Source: Candidatus Hadarchaeota archaeon
GTDB lineage: Archaea; Hadarchaeota; Hadarchaeia; Hadarchaeales; JAGGTB01
Reading direction: 5' to 3'
DNA length: 64,000 nucleotides
Assembly: GCA_964384105.1 (NCBI GenBank)
Contig: CAYLJV010000001.1
Coordinates: forward strand, 96,001 to 160,000
In this document: positions 60,067 to 64,000 of the stretch, piece after piece
Layout of the letters: each line of letters opens with the position of its first letter
Position numbering within the stretch: the stretch's first letter is position 1
Program-made: the position numbers and the translations under genes
Notes under the pieces: generated by a model
The model's database searches: none
Seen by the model: only the letters and a program-made list of their open reading frames with translations
What the model was told of the DNA's origin: nothing

Positions 60067-60771
60067 CTATATTTCTTTTAGGACCTTAGAGAATTCTTTC
60101 TTATTTTTAATAATTTTACAACTATCTTCGTATCCGATGAATAGCTGGTCCAACAGGTCTATGAATATTCCATTGTCTATTACTCCTGGAACTTGGTTCA
60201 ACCTCTTTTCCAGTTTTGAAGGTTTTTCAATGATCCCGAAGTCCGCATCTAGTATGTAATTTCCATTATCGGTGACGAATGGCCCGCCAGCTTTAGATTT
60301 TCTTAGTTTCGTCTTGCTACCAAGACTTTCCAAAATTCCAGCTATATAATCATAAGAAAAGGGAATTATCTCAACCGGAACCGGGTTTTTCTCACCTAAA
60401 TTCTTCACAACTTTTGTTTTGTCTACGACTATTGCCACCTTTCTTGCAGCTTTTGCGACTATTTTTTCTCTTGTGTGGGCCCCTCCTCCTCCTTTAATCA
60501 TATCGAGTTCGGGATTTACCTCGTCTGCTCCATCTATAGTCAAATCTAGCTCAATATTCTTTTTCAAGGAAGTCAAATTCAAATTCATTCGATCTGCTAG
60601 TTGTTGAGTTGAAATCGAGGCACATACAAATTCTGCCTTGGATTTCTTTTCACCCAAAATTTTAACCACTTCGGCGAGGGTCGAACCAGAACCAAGGCCC
60701 ACCACCATATTGTCTTCTACCAGTTTGGCGGCTTCCATCGCTGCATTTTTTTTCCATTTTTCTCTTGACAT
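60067..60771 (-). CDS. rpiA: Ribose-5-phosphate isomerase A
   Basis: GLGSGST, DGADEV, KGGGGA and TDNGN motifs. Confidence 0.96.
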   Translation of the reverse strand: MSREKWKKNAAMEAAKLVEDNMVVGLGSGSTLAEVVKILGEKKSKAEFVCASISTQQLADRMNLNLTSLKKNIELDLTIDGADEVNPELDMIKGGGGAHTREKIVAKAARKVAIVVDKTKVVKNLGEKNPVPVEIIPFSYDYIAGILESLGSKTKLRKSKAGGPFVTDNGNYILDADFGIIEKPSKLEKRLNQVPGVIDNGIFIDLLDQLFIGYEDSCKIIKNKKEFSKVLKEI

Positions 60772-60920
60772 TATTTCATGATTTTCTAGATACTATTGGC
60801 AAATAAATCCTGCTAGTTTTTTGCTTATTTGTAATACTTCCTGTGTAAATGGACTCTCTGAGTTTTGGGGTAATTTTTTAGAAGATAGAGTTAATAAGTC
60901 TAGAAAAGAAAAACGTAAAT

Positions 60921-61469
60921 TTGGAGATAAAAATGGATCGTAGCGTACCTGTTAAAGACTCCATGACGGTAAATGTAATCACGGCCAAACCTAAAGATTC
61001 CGTTACCGAGATTGCGGATATAATGGTAAAAAATGGAATCGGTAGTGTAGTGATTACTAAAGGAGAAAAACCGGTAGGTATCATATGTGAAAGAGATTTA
61101 CTTGATAAGGTTATCTCCTCCGACCTCAAGCCTAGCGAGGTTACTGCTGAGAGTGTTATGGTAACGGATCTGATTACTATCGGTCCTTCTGCCGATATGC
61201 TCGATGCTATGAGGAGAATGATCGATAATGACATTGGTCACCTTCCGGTAATAGAGAATGGCAAGTTGGTTGGCATTGTAACGGTTCAGGATGTATTGGA
61301 AGTTACACCTCAGATTCTCGAGATAATTCCTGAACATGCGGAGATTGAATCCTCCGAGGAATCTATAGAGGAGAGTGTCTGCGAGATTTGTGGTGAAGCC
61401 AGAAAACCGTTAATACAATACGAAGACAAGTGGATTTGTGAAGAATGCCGTGACTTTTTGGTTGGATGA
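60921..61469 (+). CDS. CBS-pair protein with C-terminal Zn ribbon
   Basis: Two CBS motifs plus CEICG...CEEC. Confidence 0.9.
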   Translation: MEIKMDRSVPVKDSMTVNVITAKPKDSVTEIADIMVKNGIGSVVITKGEKPVGIICERDLLDKVISSDLKPSEVTAESVMVTDLITIGPSADMLDAMRRMIDNDIGHLPVIENGKLVGIVTVQDVLEVTPQILEIIPEHAEIESSEESIEESVCEICGEARKPLIQYEDKWICEECRDFLVG

Positions 61470-62266
61470 TTTTGAAGAGTCCACAAGAGATTTTGAAGTC
61501 GACCAAGGCGGGCAATATCCTAAAAGAGGATTATATTGTTCTATCGCCTTCTGATTTAGCTACTAGAGCGCGGGAAGTTATTAGATCAGAGGAGATTAGA
61601 GTCCTTCCAGTAGTGGAAGACAGGAAACTTAAAGGAGTATTGAGTGCACAGGACCTTCTGAAAATAACTTCTACTAGTTCTAACGTCAAGGTTTCCGGTC
61701 TTATGGAGACTCCGCCTATTTTTGGAACTCCTGATTGGGATCTGGCGGAGTTGTTCGGGAGAGCAGTTGAGTTTGATGTCTACGATATCCCCATAATCGA
61801 AGGTTCTGAGGATAAGACTTTCCGAGGTATGGTAAGGATAGAAAATATTTTGAACGAAATAGTGGATTGTTGTGGAGATGAGCCCAAAGTTGAGGAGATT
61901 ATGACTAGGGAAGTCTTGGTAACCCATCCCGGAAAAAAGTTGTCTAGTGTTTGGAATAAGATGGAGGAAAGCAATATTTCGGGCGTTCCTGTGGCAAAAA
62001 AGGAAAAACCAATAGGGATGATAACTCGCTTGGATATCTTAAAGTTTGGAAAGGCCAGATTGGCCTTAGAATCTGAAGGTGGGAGAGATCCACCTAAAGT
62101 AGAGATCATAATGACTTCTCCTGTGGTGACTGTCGCACCCGAAGACTCAATCGGAAAATCGGTCAAGATCATGAGGGATAATGATATAGGAAGGTTGCCA
62201 GTAACTAAAGACGAAAGATTGATAGGTATAATTGACCGAGAAGATATAATTAGAACTTACTTATGA
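61466..62266 (+). CDS. Four-CBS-domain protein
   Basis: Repeated LPVV...GII motifs. Confidence 0.9.
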   Translation: MILKSPQEILKSTKAGNILKEDYIVLSPSDLATRAREVIRSEEIRVLPVVEDRKLKGVLSAQDLLKITSTSSNVKVSGLMETPPIFGTPDWDLAELFGRAVEFDVYDIPIIEGSEDKTFRGMVRIENILNEIVDCCGDEPKVEEIMTREVLVTHPGKKLSSVWNKMEESNISGVPVAKKEKPIGMITRLDILKFGKARLALESEGGRDPPKVEIIMTSPVVTVAPEDSIGKSVKIMRDNDIGRLPVTKDERLIGIIDREDIIRTYL

Positions 62267-62275
62267 GGTAATATT

Positions 62276-63181
62276 TTGCCAAGACCGCCATCTGCAAGCT
62301 ATAAATCAAGGGACCGAGGCCCCCTCGAGTTCGAATCAAAGCTCCACGAAGAAGAAGGCAATATAATGGATATAGCTAAGAGGGAAGCCGAAATGGTATC
62401 ACCTAGTTTTCCTATAAAAAAGGCTTCCGAGGAGATGGTTAAAAAAGGTATAAGGCGTCTCCCTGTCGTATCGGCTGGAACTGAAAAGTTACAGGGAATG
62501 TTCGTGTCTCGAGACATCGTGGATTTTCTTGGTGGGGGAGAAAAACACCAGATTATCCAAAATAAGCACAAAGGAAATTTTCTTTCGGCTATAAATGATC
62601 CCGTTAAGATTATTATGAATCCCGAAGCTCCTCACACGAGCAATACATCTTCTATATCAGAGGTGGCAAAACTTCTTTACGAAACTGGCGCGGGTGGGGT
62701 CCCTATCTTGGATAAGGAACGTGTTGTGATTGGAATAGTGACTGAAAGAGATTTCGCAGGTTACATGCCGTCTCCGGCCCAAGCTCGAGTGGAGGGTTAC
62801 ATGACCCAAAATGTGGTTACTGCTGATCCAAATCTTTTTCTTATAGATGCAATGAAGAAGATGATTTCCGAGGGTTTCCGTAGATTGCCAATTGTAGAGG
62901 ATGGAGAGTTAGTCGGAATAATAACTTCAGTCGATGTTTTGGATTATTTTGGGTCTAGTGAGGTTTTCAATCATATGGCCAGCGATAATGCGATGGATGC
63001 GATGTCTATCGAGATAAGTGAAATAATGACCGAAGATCCTGTCACTGCTACTCCTGACGATGATTTGGGTGAAGTTGCAAGAGAGATGAGGAAGAGGGGT
63101 TACGGAGGATTACCGGTCATAGAAAACGGAAACTTAGTTGGAATTATAACTGAAAGAGACATCTTGGAGATCCTACTTTAA
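62276..63181 (+). CDS. Four-CBS-domain protein (MJ1225-like)
   Basis: RRLPVV, DIVDFLGGG and GIITERD motifs. Confidence 0.9.
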   Translation: MPRPPSASYKSRDRGPLEFESKLHEEEGNIMDIAKREAEMVSPSFPIKKASEEMVKKGIRRLPVVSAGTEKLQGMFVSRDIVDFLGGGEKHQIIQNKHKGNFLSAINDPVKIIMNPEAPHTSNTSSISEVAKLLYETGAGGVPILDKERVVIGIVTERDFAGYMPSPAQARVEGYMTQNVVTADPNLFLIDAMKKMISEGFRRLPIVEDGELVGIITSVDVLDYFGSSEVFNHMASDNAMDAMSIEISEIMTEDPVTATPDDDLGEVAREMRKRGYGGLPVIENGNLVGIITERDILEILL

Positions 63182-63214
63182 TTTTCGAGAGTTAACTACC
63201 TTTGGTGAGATAAT

Positions 63215-64000
63215 TTGAAAGCACTGACAGAAGCGTTCCACGACCCAAAAGAGGCTAAAAGAATTTCTACGAAGATAGCGGATATTGCCGATTCTTTCGG
63301 AGAAGTAAAATTGATGAACGTGTGTGGGACTCACGAATATAGTATAGTAAAGTATGGATTACGTAACTTAATCCCCGATAATGTAAAACTGATTGCTGGA
63401 CCGGGATGCCCGGTCTGTGTTACACCTGCGAGGGAGATAGACGAAGCTATCGAGTTAGCAAATCGAGGCATTATAGTAACTACTTTTGGAGATATGTATC
63501 GTGTCCCGGGGAGTTCGTCTTCACTCTCTGATGCTAAAACTAATGGAGCAAGTGTCAGAATAGTTTACGGAATCTCGGATTCTGTAGAGATCGCTCGTAA
63601 GAATCCGGATAAGGAGGTTGTGCATGTTGCGATTGGTTTTGAAACTACTGCACCGACCACCTCAGCGGAATTACTCAGAAATCCTCCGGAGAATTTTAGC
63701 GTACTTGTGAGTCACAGGATAATGCCTCCTGTTATGGATTTCTTGCTTTCCTCAGGGGAAACGGATATCGACGGGTATATATGTCCCGGCCACGTTTCTA
63801 CGATAATCGGTTCCAACCCCTACAAGCCGTTGAGCGAGGTTTATGGAGTCTCTCAGGTAATTTCTGGATTTGAACCTTTGGACATACTCCTGAGTGTCCT
63901 AATGTTGCTTCAACAGATTCAGGAGGGTAGAAGCGAGGTCGAAAATGAGTACGAAAGGTTCGTGAAACCGGAAGGAAATACGAAAGCTAAGAAGCAAATG
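63215..64000 (+). CDS. hypD: Hydrogenase maturation protein HypD (partial, runs off the window)
   Basis: Manual translation gives VCGTHE, GPGCPVCVTP, GFETTAP and PGHVS motifs. Confidence 0.96.
   Translation, partial: MKALTEAFHDPKEAKRISTKIADIADSFGEVKLMNVCGTHEYSIVKYGLRNLIPDNVKLIAGPGCPVCVTPAREIDEAIELANRGIIVTTFGDMYRVPGSSSSLSDAKTNGASVRIVYGISDSVEIARKNPDKEVVHVAIGFETTAPTTSAELLRNPPENFSVLVSHRIMPPVMDFLLSSGETDIDGYICPGHVSTIIGSNPYKPLSEVYGVSQVISGFEPLDILLSVLMLLQQIQEGRSEVENEYERFVKPEGNTKAKKQM

Overview
Archaeal chromosomal window: low GC, strong GGAGGTG ribosome-binding sites, many TTG/GTG starts and K+-uptake-rich content. This suggests a halophilic anaerobe, possibly MSBL1/Hadarchaeota-like, but that is inference only. 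Housekeeping content: a folate-dependent purine operon (purL-S-M-N, 5-formyl-THF cyclo-ligase, folD, purB, apgM), endA-trpS, an A1A0-ATPase locus, Trk and Kdp K+ transport, sufCB, pfdB, tfb, a small toxin-antitoxin islet at tRNA-Thr, tpiA, rpiA, three CBS proteins and partial hypD. Six tRNA genes are present, three with introns. The most striking signals are at the RNA level. (1) The elongator tRNA-Met has a second, non-canonical intron at position 8/9. Its perfect bulge-helix-bulge needs the 5' leader, and the leader also carries a duplicate acceptor strand. (2) The canonical intron of that tRNA looks like a box C/D guide for its own wobble C34. (3) An unannotated structured RNA module occurs twice (about 39.74 kb and 57.93 kb) with compensatory base changes. 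(4) A stand-alone C/D sRNA matches a tRNA-Leu(CAA) anticodon. At the protein level, three separate single-hairpin ATPase c-subunit genes lie in tandem, and only one keeps the ion-binding Glu.
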